Source: Nitrosopumilaceae archaeon (GTDB lineage: Archaea; Thermoproteota; Nitrososphaeria; Nitrososphaerales; Nitrosopumilaceae). From it: a stretch of DNA of 64,000 nucleotides. Both the position numbers and the translations under genes were made by a program. This document shows, one piece after another, positions 9,441-18,216 of the stretch (positions within the stretch are counted from its first letter, which is position 1; every line of letters starts with the position of its first letter). Where the stretch lies: the NCBI GenBank assembly GCA_052389415.1, contig JBQTHX010000034.1, positions 13,904 through 77,903 of the forward strand, read 5' to 3'. The notes below the pieces were generated by a model, which was given only the letters and a program-made list of their open reading frames with translations, was not told the DNA's origin and ran no database searches.

Positions 9441-10109
9441 TTGCTTTCATTGATTCTCGCAGAATCTGCGCTTGAGTTGGTTCCCAAAGAGCTTCAGACG
9501 CACAGTTCTGTAGTTGCATATAGTAAAAAAATGAGAAAAAATCCATCTAATATTCTTCTAGATGTTTCTTGGCATTTTGCAGCAATGAAGGGAATTAAGA
9601 ATGAGATAAAACGCGGCAGACCAGATTTGGTTCATTTCTGCCTTCTTGAATGTTGTACTATTCCTTTGTATTTTGAGAAGAAGATCAGAGTTTACGTTCA
9701 CACAGTACAGGATAAAGTAATTTTTATCGGTGATAATGTTAGACTGCCTAAATCTTATCACAGGTTTGTTGGTTTGATTGAGAAATTGTATCTTGAGAAA
9801 AAAATAGAACAGGATGGAAAGAAATTACTGGAGATAAGAGATATGACTATTGGCGAATTAGTTGATCAGATAGGTGCAAAAAAAGTAATTGGTTTTTCAA
9901 CAAGAGGGCATGAAAGTTCCTATGAAAAAGCTGCAAAAGATATTGAAAGTGATACATGCTTAGTAATCGGCGGATTTTCCAAAGGATATTTTTCTGATAA
10001 AATATTAAAAAGGATCGATAAGCTAGTTTCCGTCGATAGAAATCCTTTGGAGGCTCATGTTGTAATATCTCGCATATTGTACGAATATGAAAAAAGAATT
10101 ATTATGTAG
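9441..10109 (+). CDS. nep1: Nep1/Emg1 rRNA pseudouridine methyltransferase
   Basis: LAESALELVP, RGRPDLVH, RLPKSYHRF and IGGF motifs. Confidence 0.92.
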   Translation: MLSLILAESALELVPKELQTHSSVVAYSKKMRKNPSNILLDVSWHFAAMKGIKNEIKRGRPDLVHFCLLECCTIPLYFEKKIRVYVHTVQDKVIFIGDNVRLPKSYHRFVGLIEKLYLEKKIEQDGKKLLEIRDMTIGELVDQIGAKKVIGFSTRGHESSYEKAAKDIESDTCLVIGGFSKGYFSDKILKRIDKLVSVDRNPLEAHVVISRILYEYEKRIIM

Positions 10110-10130
10110 GTTAAAGATTGGCAGTGTTAA

Positions 10131-10204
10131 GCGGTCGTAGTATAGTTTGGTTAGTACACTGGCCTTCCAAGCCCGTTACCCGGGTTCAAATCCCGGCGAC
10201 CGCA
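10131..10204 (+). tRNA. tRNA-Gly (TCC), no intron, CCA not encoded
   Basis: Acceptor stem GCGGTCG/CGACCGC, T-arm CCGGG-TTCAAAT-CCCGG, anticodon TCC at 10166-10168. Confidence 0.95.
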
Positions 10205-10208
10205 TCTT

Positions 10209-11390
10209 TTATTCTAGACTGATAATTCCAGTTGATATCAAGTATTGAATTCCAGCAGCAAATGTCTTATCATCTATCTTGCCTTCATACCACAAGGCAG
10301 CGTTTTGTTTTATCCAGTTTGGAATTTTATCAACATTATGTTGTTTTTCTGTATGAGGAATAGATATTATTCTATGTTGTATAAGGTATTCAATTCCTTT
10401 AAGAAAATCTGTGTCATTTATAGCACCATCTACCCACCAACGAGCATTATTCTTAATCCAATTTGGAATGAGTATTTTGCTTTCTTCTAATTGTTTTACC
10501 ACAGATTGATGTGCATTCATACCGAAGATGTAAAGCCAAGCAACACCAGACTCAGTTTTGTTTATAAGATCACCATAAAGAATTATATCAGAATCTTGTG
10601 ATGAGAATTTTGTATTAACAAGATTTGTTCCACGTAGACTAACACTTATGCCATTTTTGATAAATTCTGGATAATCATTTAAGCTAGCGATTTTTATAGC
10701 AAAGAATCCACCGCTAGTTTCTTCTGCAGTAATTTCTTTTACAATCATTTTCCCACCAGCTAGTTGTATTAATTGAGCAGCAAATTCTTGTTGAAACGGG
10801 TTTATTATTTCGTGGTTTTTATCAGAATATGAATAGTCAATTTTTCCTTCTGGTGGTTTGTTACAGGTATCATTTCGCCATTTTTCAGATGATGTAACAG
10901 CATCAATCATCAATTGACCATGAAGAAATTCATGGTACATCATAATTTGATTTTCAATTTTTTTTATTCTCGGATCTTTTTGTAAATCTTGCATTATATA
11001 TTCAGAATTTATCTTTAATTCGTTATCACAGTCCATCGTAATCTTACCGTCGGTTGTTGTAACAGTACACTTCCAGGTGTACGTTCCACCTGTTATTACT
11101 CCTTCATGTGTTTGACTTTCATCGAATCTTGTCAATTTCGTTTTGATTACACTGACTACCTGATCATTTTGATCAGCAGAATTACATGGAAAAGAAATAA
11201 TCAAAGGTTTTTCAAATGATTCAAGCACCTCACTTACATCTTTTTTTTCAATTTCAAGTCTTTCAAACTCAGCGAGTAATTTCTCGAATAGTTGTTTTTC
11301 TTGAGCCGTCGGTGAAACGCTATCATCACCAAAAATCGGTATTAAATTTGTACATAATAGTAATGCAATAAGAAACCCCGGGTATCTCAA
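10209..11390 (-). CDS. Secreted putative zinc metalloprotease with two C-terminal IPxW surface domains
   Basis: Signal peptide, YHEFLH (HExxH), IPNWIKNNARWW and IPNWIKQNAALW repeats. Confidence 0.65.
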   Translation of the reverse strand: MRYPGFLIALLLCTNLIPIFGDDSVSPTAQEKQLFEKLLAEFERLEIEKKDVSEVLESFEKPLIISFPCNSADQNDQVVSVIKTKLTRFDESQTHEGVITGGTYTWKCTVTTTDGKITMDCDNELKINSEYIMQDLQKDPRIKKIENQIMMYHEFLHGQLMIDAVTSSEKWRNDTCNKPPEGKIDYSYSDKNHEIINPFQQEFAAQLIQLAGGKMIVKEITAEETSGGFFAIKIASLNDYPEFIKNGISVSLRGTNLVNTKFSSQDSDIILYGDLINKTESGVAWLYIFGMNAHQSVVKQLEESKILIPNWIKNNARWWVDGAINDTDFLKGIEYLIQHRIISIPHTEKQHNVDKIPNWIKQNAALWYEGKIDDKTFAAGIQYLISTGIISLE

Positions 11391-11416
11391 TATGCAATTC
11401 CTTCTTTGCTCAATAA

Positions 11417-12520
11417 TTAAGAGTTGGGACTGAGTCGTACTTGTTTCTTAAATTCATCCCATCCAGGCTTCGGTTTTTTGTCAACGTCAATTAATCCAGC
11501 ACCACAAATGTATTCAGCAGTTCGCTTCAACACGAACTCATTTCCAAAGCTTATGTCAAAATCTGGGTTTAGACTATTAACACAGCTTTCTATGGGTCTG
11601 TCATATTGTCTGAACCACGAAAGAAACTCGAATTGAGGCTCATTTTTTCTAAAAAAATCATATGCTATTTGCATGAATTTTGTCTGGCCGTCTTTGCTAC
11701 CACCAACAGATTCGGCAGTTGTCCAGCTTATTTCCAATAATGCTATCTGCTTGTCTTCCACAAGATCTAAAATTTTTTCAAGGTTTTTTCCTGCCTCTTC
11801 TGGCGTTTTGTTGACTTCATTTAATACATCTACAGGAAAATAGGTAAAAGCAACAAAATCTCCCTGATTTAGCTTACCTACAAGATCTTCTTGCTCATGA
11901 TTTAATACTCCATGAAGAGAAAATGAGTTTCCAAATTTTACATTAGGATGTTTTTCTTTAAGATAGTTATAGACTTCTATAAAAAACTCTTCGTATTTCG
12001 TAATGTCATTTTCATGTTCACGAAAATATGCATCTATTCCTCCACCTATGATCACATAGTCAATAATATCATATCTGGATAAGACGTCATCTAGAATTTT
12101 GACAGTTTTTTGCTTTAAATCATCATCAAGTTGTGGCTCTCCCATCCAATTTGGAAACGGGCCAAACATGCGGTTGTTAATTATAGAAAAGTATAATGTA
12201 ACCTTAAGATCATTTTGTTTACTAAGACTCATTAGTGTATCAGAAATTTTCCAATCGTATTGTCCTTTTTGTGGTTCCAATGCAGACCAGAAGAGATACA
12301 CATTACTTCTTCCAATTCCTGTAGATGCAGCATCTGCATACGCATCTTTTAGTTCTGGAATTGTTGGAGTGGGGGAAGGAGTCATTATGTATAAACCAAG
12401 TTTTTCATTCTTTTGTACTATCTCAGGTGATGTTGACAGGAATATTGTTATCGTGATAATTGCTATGATACCTGATATTGTAGCAACTCCTAGAATTTTT
12501 TTATTCAATATTTGTATCAC
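11417..12520 (-). CDS. Membrane-anchored glycoside hydrolase-like TIM barrel (clan GH-A-like)
   Basis: N-terminal TM, WSALEPQKGQYDW, FTYFP, LLEISW and GLIDVDKKPKPGW motifs. Confidence 0.65.
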   Translation of the reverse strand: MIQILNKKILGVATISGIIAIITITIFLSTSPEIVQKNEKLGLYIMTPSPTPTIPELKDAYADAASTGIGRSNVYLFWSALEPQKGQYDWKISDTLMSLSKQNDLKVTLYFSIINNRMFGPFPNWMGEPQLDDDLKQKTVKILDDVLSRYDIIDYVIIGGGIDAYFREHENDITKYEEFFIEVYNYLKEKHPNVKFGNSFSLHGVLNHEQEDLVGKLNQGDFVAFTYFPVDVLNEVNKTPEEAGKNLEKILDLVEDKQIALLEISWTTAESVGGSKDGQTKFMQIAYDFFRKNEPQFEFLSWFRQYDRPIESCVNSLNPDFDISFGNEFVLKRTAEYICGAGLIDVDKKPKPGWDEFKKQVRLSPNS

Positions 12521-12557
12521 AAATGATTGATAGTAAAAAAGTTATGATTAATGTTGA

Positions 12558-15215
12558 CTATCCAGATGTACAGCCGCTGTATCCACATTCTATGCAGAGG
12601 TTACATCCTTCTGCAAAGACTAGATTATTTTTGCACGTTGGACACAACCTTTCTTCTAGTTGTTCTTGTGTGAGTTGGTTTTGTTGTATTCTTACTTCAC
12701 TGTCAGGAATTTTGATTTGTAATGCTTTTTCAATCTGTGTTTTCAGATATGGATTAGTAACACCCTTTGCTATAAATTCAGTTAGATATGCACTAGGAAC
12801 TACTTGGAATGTTTTTTGTACATTGTCACCAGTCATATGAAGAACTTGCTCATGTCTTGAACCATCTCTGAATACTGTAATTCCTTTTAATCCAAGTTCA
12901 TGTGCTAACAAATATGATGCTTTAACATCATCTGCAGTCACATCATTAGGCATGTTGATTGTTTTGGCTATTGCGTTTCCAATCCATCTTTGCCATACAG
13001 CTTGTGCCATCAGGTGGTCAGTCCAGTGGATGTCCATAGCTGTCACAAAAATTTTCTGTATCCATTCAGGAATTTCTGGGATTCCTTTTACTGATCCATA
13101 ATTGTTTGCAATCTTTTCCAGTATTTGATCATTGTATAATCCATGTTCTTTTAAAACAGATTCGAATATCTTGTTAGTGTAGAAAAATCTACCAACTGTA
13201 ACACGTTTTTCAAATACAAGTGCAAACATGGGTTCCATTCCATTGGAACAATCAGCTATCATAGAAAGAGTTCCTGTAGGAGCTACTGTAGATGTTAACA
13301 CATTTCTTATTCCGTGTTTTTGGATTTTTTCAATTAGGGCGTCCCAATCATAATAGTGTGCACTTTTTGGTTTTTCATAATAACCTCCAATTGGAATTTT
13401 TCCTTCAGGGAACTCTGTTTTCTCGCAAAGGGGGAATGCACCTCGTGTTTTTGCTAAAGCCACACTTTCTTCCATTGAATAATAGCTCAAAGCCTCTGCT
13501 AATTTTTCTTGGAATTCATAACCTTCTCGTGAATTATACGGGATTCGCAGTTTGAACAGAAGATCAGCAACACCCATTACACCCAGTCCTATTCTACGGG
13601 AATCTTTTGAGGCCTTGTCGATTTCGGGTATTGGGTAATTATTTGTGTCTATTACATCATCTAAGAATCTTGTAGTCTTTCTGATTACTTCTTCATATCG
13701 TTGCCAATCAAACTCATATTGTCCATCAGCTTTTCTTTTCACAAAGTTTGAGAGATTGATAGATCCAAGATTACATGACTCGTACGGATACAAGCTTTGT
13801 TCTCCACATGGATTAGTTGCTCGCAATGGTCCACCACGTGCTTTAGCAAATACATTATACTTGTTTATCTGATCAAAAAAGATCAGTCCAGGTTCAGCAC
13901 TCTTCCAAGCTGACAGCGCTATTAGATCAAGAAGTTGATGTGCGTTTACTTCACGCACTGGACTCTTGTCACGTGGACTTCGCAGAATATATTTTCCATC
14001 AGACGAATTTACAAGTGAGCTCCAAAAGTCTTCCCACACTCCTACACTCACATTAAAGTTTTCTAAAACTCCTGGTTTTGTTTTTGCAGTGATAAATTTT
14101 TCAATATCAGGATGCCATGCTTCAATTATTCCCATGTTTGCACCTCTGCGTTTTCCTCCCTGTTTAACAACTTCTGTTACAGTATTGATAATATTCATGA
14201 AAGAGACAGGCCCCGAGGCTACACCAGATGTAGATGCAACCATGTCGCCTTCTTCTCTAAGATCAGAGTAATTGATACCAACTCCTCCTCCAGATTTGAA
14301 GATCAAAGCCGCATCTGAAGATGATTTCATTATTTGTTCCATATCATCAGGCATTGCAAGAACAAAGCATGCAGATAGTTGTCCTAGTCTTCCCCCAGCA
14401 TTCATCATGGTAGGAGAATTTGGTAGAAAGTCTTGAGATATCATCATATCATAGTATTCTGTGATTCTTTCCGCATAGTTATCAAATTGTTTTGCTGCAA
14501 GCATGGTGAGGAATTCCTTTATACTTACTTTCATCTGGCCTTGTTTGGCAAGATCAATGTAATGAGAGATCAGTCCTCTAAAGTGCCACTTGTTAAGATG
14601 ATATTTACCTATTTTGAATTTGTAATTAAAATCATCAAGTTTATCAAGATATTTTTTGGCATCTTCTATGTTCTGGGTTCTTCCACCATTAACTTCGAAA
14701 ACAGAATTATCCTTTAGAACATCTGCAAGTCCAACTAATACTGCAACGCGTTCAAACATCTCTCCTGGACTTTCTATTATTTCACCTTTGTTGTTACGAA
14801 ACAGATATCGTGATGCTAAGACTCGCAAACAATTAATGTCAAATTTCTTTGATACATCGTCAAGAAGTTTTGCATTTAGAATTTTCATCTTTTCTTCTCG
14901 AATCTTTCTTCGTTCGTGTCTGTAAAGTATGTAGGATTTCGCGATTTCACCTAATCCTTCATCTATTAGAATGGATTCCACCATATCTTGAACGTCTTCT
15001 ACGCTTGGTGGAGAAGAGGCTGAAAATCCATGTTTTAAGAGCCTCATCATAACTCCTTCAGCAAGCTTATCTGCCAAACTATGATCTGGTCTTCCACAAG
15101 CGACTAGTGCTTTGTATATTGCATTTGAGATCTTGTCTTTCTGAAAATTTAATACTCGCCCATCTCTTTTTTTTACTTCAATAATCGAGTTTTCTATCTG
15201 TGAAAAGTCAGTCAA
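12558..15215 (-). CDS. nrdJ: Adenosylcobalamin-dependent class II ribonucleotide reductase with N-terminal ATP cone
   Basis: VKKRDGR ATP cone, PNSPT, LSACFV, TNPCGEQ, CNLGS, APTGT and C-terminal Cys cluster; no intein seen. Confidence 0.93.
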   Translation of the reverse strand: MTDFSQIENSIIEVKKRDGRVLNFQKDKISNAIYKALVACGRPDHSLADKLAEGVMMRLLKHGFSASSPPSVEDVQDMVESILIDEGLGEIAKSYILYRHERRKIREEKMKILNAKLLDDVSKKFDINCLRVLASRYLFRNNKGEIIESPGEMFERVAVLVGLADVLKDNSVFEVNGGRTQNIEDAKKYLDKLDDFNYKFKIGKYHLNKWHFRGLISHYIDLAKQGQMKVSIKEFLTMLAAKQFDNYAERITEYYDMMISQDFLPNSPTMMNAGGRLGQLSACFVLAMPDDMEQIMKSSSDAALIFKSGGGVGINYSDLREEGDMVASTSGVASGPVSFMNIINTVTEVVKQGGKRRGANMGIIEAWHPDIEKFITAKTKPGVLENFNVSVGVWEDFWSSLVNSSDGKYILRSPRDKSPVREVNAHQLLDLIALSAWKSAEPGLIFFDQINKYNVFAKARGGPLRATNPCGEQSLYPYESCNLGSINLSNFVKRKADGQYEFDWQRYEEVIRKTTRFLDDVIDTNNYPIPEIDKASKDSRRIGLGVMGVADLLFKLRIPYNSREGYEFQEKLAEALSYYSMEESVALAKTRGAFPLCEKTEFPEGKIPIGGYYEKPKSAHYYDWDALIEKIQKHGIRNVLTSTVAPTGTLSMIADCSNGMEPMFALVFEKRVTVGRFFYTNKIFESVLKEHGLYNDQILEKIANNYGSVKGIPEIPEWIQKIFVTAMDIHWTDHLMAQAVWQRWIGNAIAKTINMPNDVTADDVKASYLLAHELGLKGITVFRDGSRHEQVLHMTGDNVQKTFQVVPSAYLTEFIAKGVTNPYLKTQIEKALQIKIPDSEVRIQQNQLTQEQLEERLCPTCKNNLVFAEGCNLCIECGYSGCTSG

Positions 15216-15278
15216 ACGTCTCCCGGCAACAGTAAGAAAAGAGAGTATAATAAAGATTGAGGCGAAAAAAAATTTCCT

Positions 15279-15302
15279 AAAATTGATTTTTGGATCAATT
15301 TT
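15279..15302. promoter_or_regulatory. Perfect 9-bp inverted repeat AAAATTGAT-N6-ATCAATTTT upstream of nrdJ
   Basis: Read directly; lies about 25 nt upstream of a TATA-like TTTATTAT on the minus strand (~15247-15254). Confidence 0.5.
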
Positions 15303-15446
15303 GTTGACATCATTTCATTTTGAATAAAAGAATAGATCTTTTCAAAATAAAAATGAAAAAAATATTATTATAAATTTCAGAAAAATATGATCGCATTTTC
15401 TAAATTTTTAGAAAGATCTATTATTAATTATGGAGAGCAAATATTA

Positions 15447-17555
15447 TCATTGCGCTTGGGCTAAAATGTATGGTGATTTACAGGTAGGACACTTGTCTGT
15501 AATTTTCTCATCTTTTAGGCCACAGTTACCACATATAGATACTTTTCTGATCGGTTTGAAAGTTCCTACAAGTTCGCTTGCTTTTTCTATTGCTTTTTTG
15601 ATTCCTGCAGTATCCATTTCATTAGGGATTTTTAGTTGGATCAAAAATCCACCGTTTAACATCTTCGAAATATGATTGCACTCTATTATCTTGTCCGTCT
15701 TTTGGGTCATTCCGTCTATTTCTGAAGCAATTAACGTCATACCAGCGCTATAGGCATCTCCTTCTACAAATTGATGAATGGACATCTTACCGTATTTTTC
15801 GCCGTCTAGGGTAGAAAATCTTGTGGAAGCATCACTTTCAGTCATAGATATAGTAACGTTATCGCCCATTTCTTTTCCCTTCTTGGCTGCAACCTCAATG
15901 GCTGTTTCTAGCACTTTAGCCATTATTTCGTTTCCGGCCTTGTTGTTTTCATAGCCAAGTATACCCAACACGGCCTCCTTCAAACCTATTAGATTAACCA
16001 CAAGAGTAACAGATCCTTTTTGCATGTACTGTGTATTACTAGCAAGAATAGGATTTAGTCCTCGTCTAGTAAGATCGGAGATGTCTTTCTTTCTAAGTGA
16101 CATCGCAGCAAGCGCAGGCTTCATTAAGATTGCAAGACGCGCTCTAAAGTAGGTTTCATCTTTATTGGATTCAAATGCTAGCCTTGGCAGGTTTATTGAA
16201 AGTGACTGTAAGTTAATTGATGTGCCAGTGTTTTTTGTATCTCCACGTAACAAGCCATGATTAGAGACATGACCTTTGGAGAAAATTGTTCTACCTCCTA
16301 ATGCTATAATCTCGGAAAGTATCTCAGAAAACTCGGAAAGTTTTCCTTTTTCATAATCAATTATCAATCCAATATGTGGGATTGGCGTTGATTTGAGGTA
16401 TTTCTTATATCCAGCAAGCAAAGCCCCAATGATCTTAGAGTCAGAGCCAAGAGGAATCCTAAATGATGCTAGAGTTGAGTTTTGGTTATATTTTGGCGCA
16501 GCCGATGTTATTGCAAACGCATTTGCTATTTTTTCTTCAACTTCAGAAAGAATTTTTGAAAATTTTTGCAAAACTGTTACCAATCCATCTATAATTACTT
16601 CTTGTGAGGCCTCTTTTAGGAGCAAAGCCGTAAGTAATGAAAGTGATGTCATAAGATCATCTAGAGTCTTAATCGGAGGCATCCTAGTCACGCCAAGGAA
16701 TTTTCCACGCAGATCTATTCCATCTTCAAGAAGTTCTTTAATATTTACAAATATCGTATCTGGTAAGAGTGACCAGATTCCAGTGTTTGTCAAATGTATA
16801 TCTCCTGACAGATGTGAATCTGCCACATCCTTTGGCAAGGTGTTAAGGACAAGATTTTCACCAAAAACTGTCTGACCAGTCTTGAAAAGTAACCCTTCTA
16901 CACCATTATGAATACCATCGACGTTTGTTATCATTTCATGAATATCATACGCAGGTAGACCCAATCTAGCTAACTTGTGCCTATATTCCTCATGGCCATG
17001 CTCCAAAAGAACGGCATTAACCATTTCACGTATGAGCGAAGATGTAAGATAAGTCGTTTGAAATTTGTATATGCGATTTTCTACTTCTTCTGTTATTTTT
17101 TGAGCCAGTTCCAATGGAAGGCTGCCTTCACGCACAAGGGATTGTATTATCTTGTGAGAGTTGAATTCCTCTATTGCTTCATGTGACGTTCGTACATACA
17201 TTTTTCCACTCTCAATAATAGAGCGTTCCTCGATCTGCCTTGCAAGACTTAGAACAAGTTTTCCAAGATTTGTTATAGTATATCGTCTTTCAGATTTATT
17301 TAAAGCAACGAGAGATTGCCTTAATAGTTTTCTAAGATGATAAGCAAATTTACCACTTTCCTTTTTTGATTTAAAGCCAGCAAGCGATTTTAGTTCAGAA
17401 TACGTAAGTGGTCCTTTTGAGTTTAAAATACGAAGTATGTCTATCCTGTTTGGACTTGCCATAACAGAAAAGATCATTCTTACTCGCTTTGATGCAGATT
17501 GTAAAATTCCTCCCCGTTTTTGATCTCCAAAATCCTCACTTAGCTCCATAGGCAT
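15447..17555 (-). CDS. Winged-helix + ATP-cone + degenerate NrdD (class III RNR) fusion; putative regulator
   Basis: ArsR-like wHTH, ATP cone (YVRTSHEAIEEFNSHKIIQSL), NrdD-like LPKDVADSHLSGDIH and SINLPRLA, C-terminal CGNC..CPTC; no glycyl-radical RxxGY. Confidence 0.75.
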   Translation of the reverse strand: MPMELSEDFGDQKRGGILQSASKRVRMIFSVMASPNRIDILRILNSKGPLTYSELKSLAGFKSKKESGKFAYHLRKLLRQSLVALNKSERRYTITNLGKLVLSLARQIEERSIIESGKMYVRTSHEAIEEFNSHKIIQSLVREGSLPLELAQKITEEVENRIYKFQTTYLTSSLIREMVNAVLLEHGHEEYRHKLARLGLPAYDIHEMITNVDGIHNGVEGLLFKTGQTVFGENLVLNTLPKDVADSHLSGDIHLTNTGIWSLLPDTIFVNIKELLEDGIDLRGKFLGVTRMPPIKTLDDLMTSLSLLTALLLKEASQEVIIDGLVTVLQKFSKILSEVEEKIANAFAITSAAPKYNQNSTLASFRIPLGSDSKIIGALLAGYKKYLKSTPIPHIGLIIDYEKGKLSEFSEILSEIIALGGRTIFSKGHVSNHGLLRGDTKNTGTSINLQSLSINLPRLAFESNKDETYFRARLAILMKPALAAMSLRKKDISDLTRRGLNPILASNTQYMQKGSVTLVVNLIGLKEAVLGILGYENNKAGNEIMAKVLETAIEVAAKKGKEMGDNVTISMTESDASTRFSTLDGEKYGKMSIHQFVEGDAYSAGMTLIASEIDGMTQKTDKIIECNHISKMLNGGFLIQLKIPNEMDTAGIKKAIEKASELVGTFKPIRKVSICGNCGLKDEKITDKCPTCKSPYILAQAQ

Positions 17556-17616
17556 GTCTAGATTGCATCAGTAAATAAGATTTGTGACGAAAAAGATCAT
17601 ATAGTTACATTTTTAA

Positions 17617-17778
17617 TCAGTTTTTTTGTACATCTACAGAAAATTCTGCTGTAGAAAGAGTTTGCCCACAAGATGGACACTTGTTATTATATGGTCTTGT
17701 AATTTCTCGAATGGATTTTAGCATTCGCATATTTGCTATTTTTGCACCACATTTACCACAAACAACATCAACTGACAT
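17617..17778 (-). CDS. Small Zn-ribbon protein, 53 aa (not in ORF track)
   Basis: Manual translation MSVDVVCGKCGAKI..NNKCPSCGQTLSTAEFSVDVQKN; TATA-like element upstream. Confidence 0.75.
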   Translation of the reverse strand: MSVDVVCGKCGAKIANMRMLKSIREITRPYNNKCPSCGQTLSTAEFSVDVQKN

Positions 17779-17849
17779 TAGTTGATATTTTTTGTTTATA
17801 TTATAAAAGAACTGTTTTGGTTTTTTTTAATCAGTTTAGTAAATTTGAT

Positions 17850-18215
17850 TTACAGTTTTTCTAACAACATACCACGCTCGTCATAACCAGCAATTTTGGT
17901 TTTTGCTCCAAGAGGGAGATCAGAGGGCGAAGTAATATTTTGCATAAAGCCAGACACTTGAAGATCTGCCTGATCTAATTTTATTACAACCCAAGCATAT
18001 GGAGTGTATTTTTCATATCCTGCTGGAGGAACTGTAATTATAGTATAAGTAACAACCTTGCCCTTTCCTTCTATTAAGACATTTTCGAATCCCTTATTTC
18101 CACAATTTTGGCAAAAATAGGTCGTTGCAAGATGCAAATAGCCACATTTTGTGCATTTCCGGGCAAGAATCTTGCCTGCTTTTGCATTATTAACGAATTC
18201 CTCTTTTGCCGACAA
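17850..18215 (-). CDS. DUF35 Zn-ribbon/OB-fold protein (thiolase partner)
   Basis: KCTKCG..FCQNCG and GKVVTYTII..PY motifs; TTG 18215 just after thiolase stop. Confidence 0.88.
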   Translation of the reverse strand: MSAKEEFVNNAKAGKILARKCTKCGYLHLATTYFCQNCGNKGFENVLIEGKGKVVTYTIITVPPAGYEKYTPYAWVVIKLDQADLQVSGFMQNITSPSDLPLGAKTKIAGYDERGMLLEKL

Positions 18216-18216
18216 G

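Noticed and set aside
10131-12557. Integrated element at tRNA-Gly
   Set aside because: No integrase and no duplicated tRNA 3' end found
12558-15215. Intein in NrdJ (also checked in AtpA)
   Set aside because: Lengths are normal; no C..HN splice motifs or LAGLIDADG blocks
15447-17555. Functional anaerobic ribonucleotide reductase (nrdD)
   Set aside because: No glycyl-radical loop, no catalytic cysteines and no nrdG in the window
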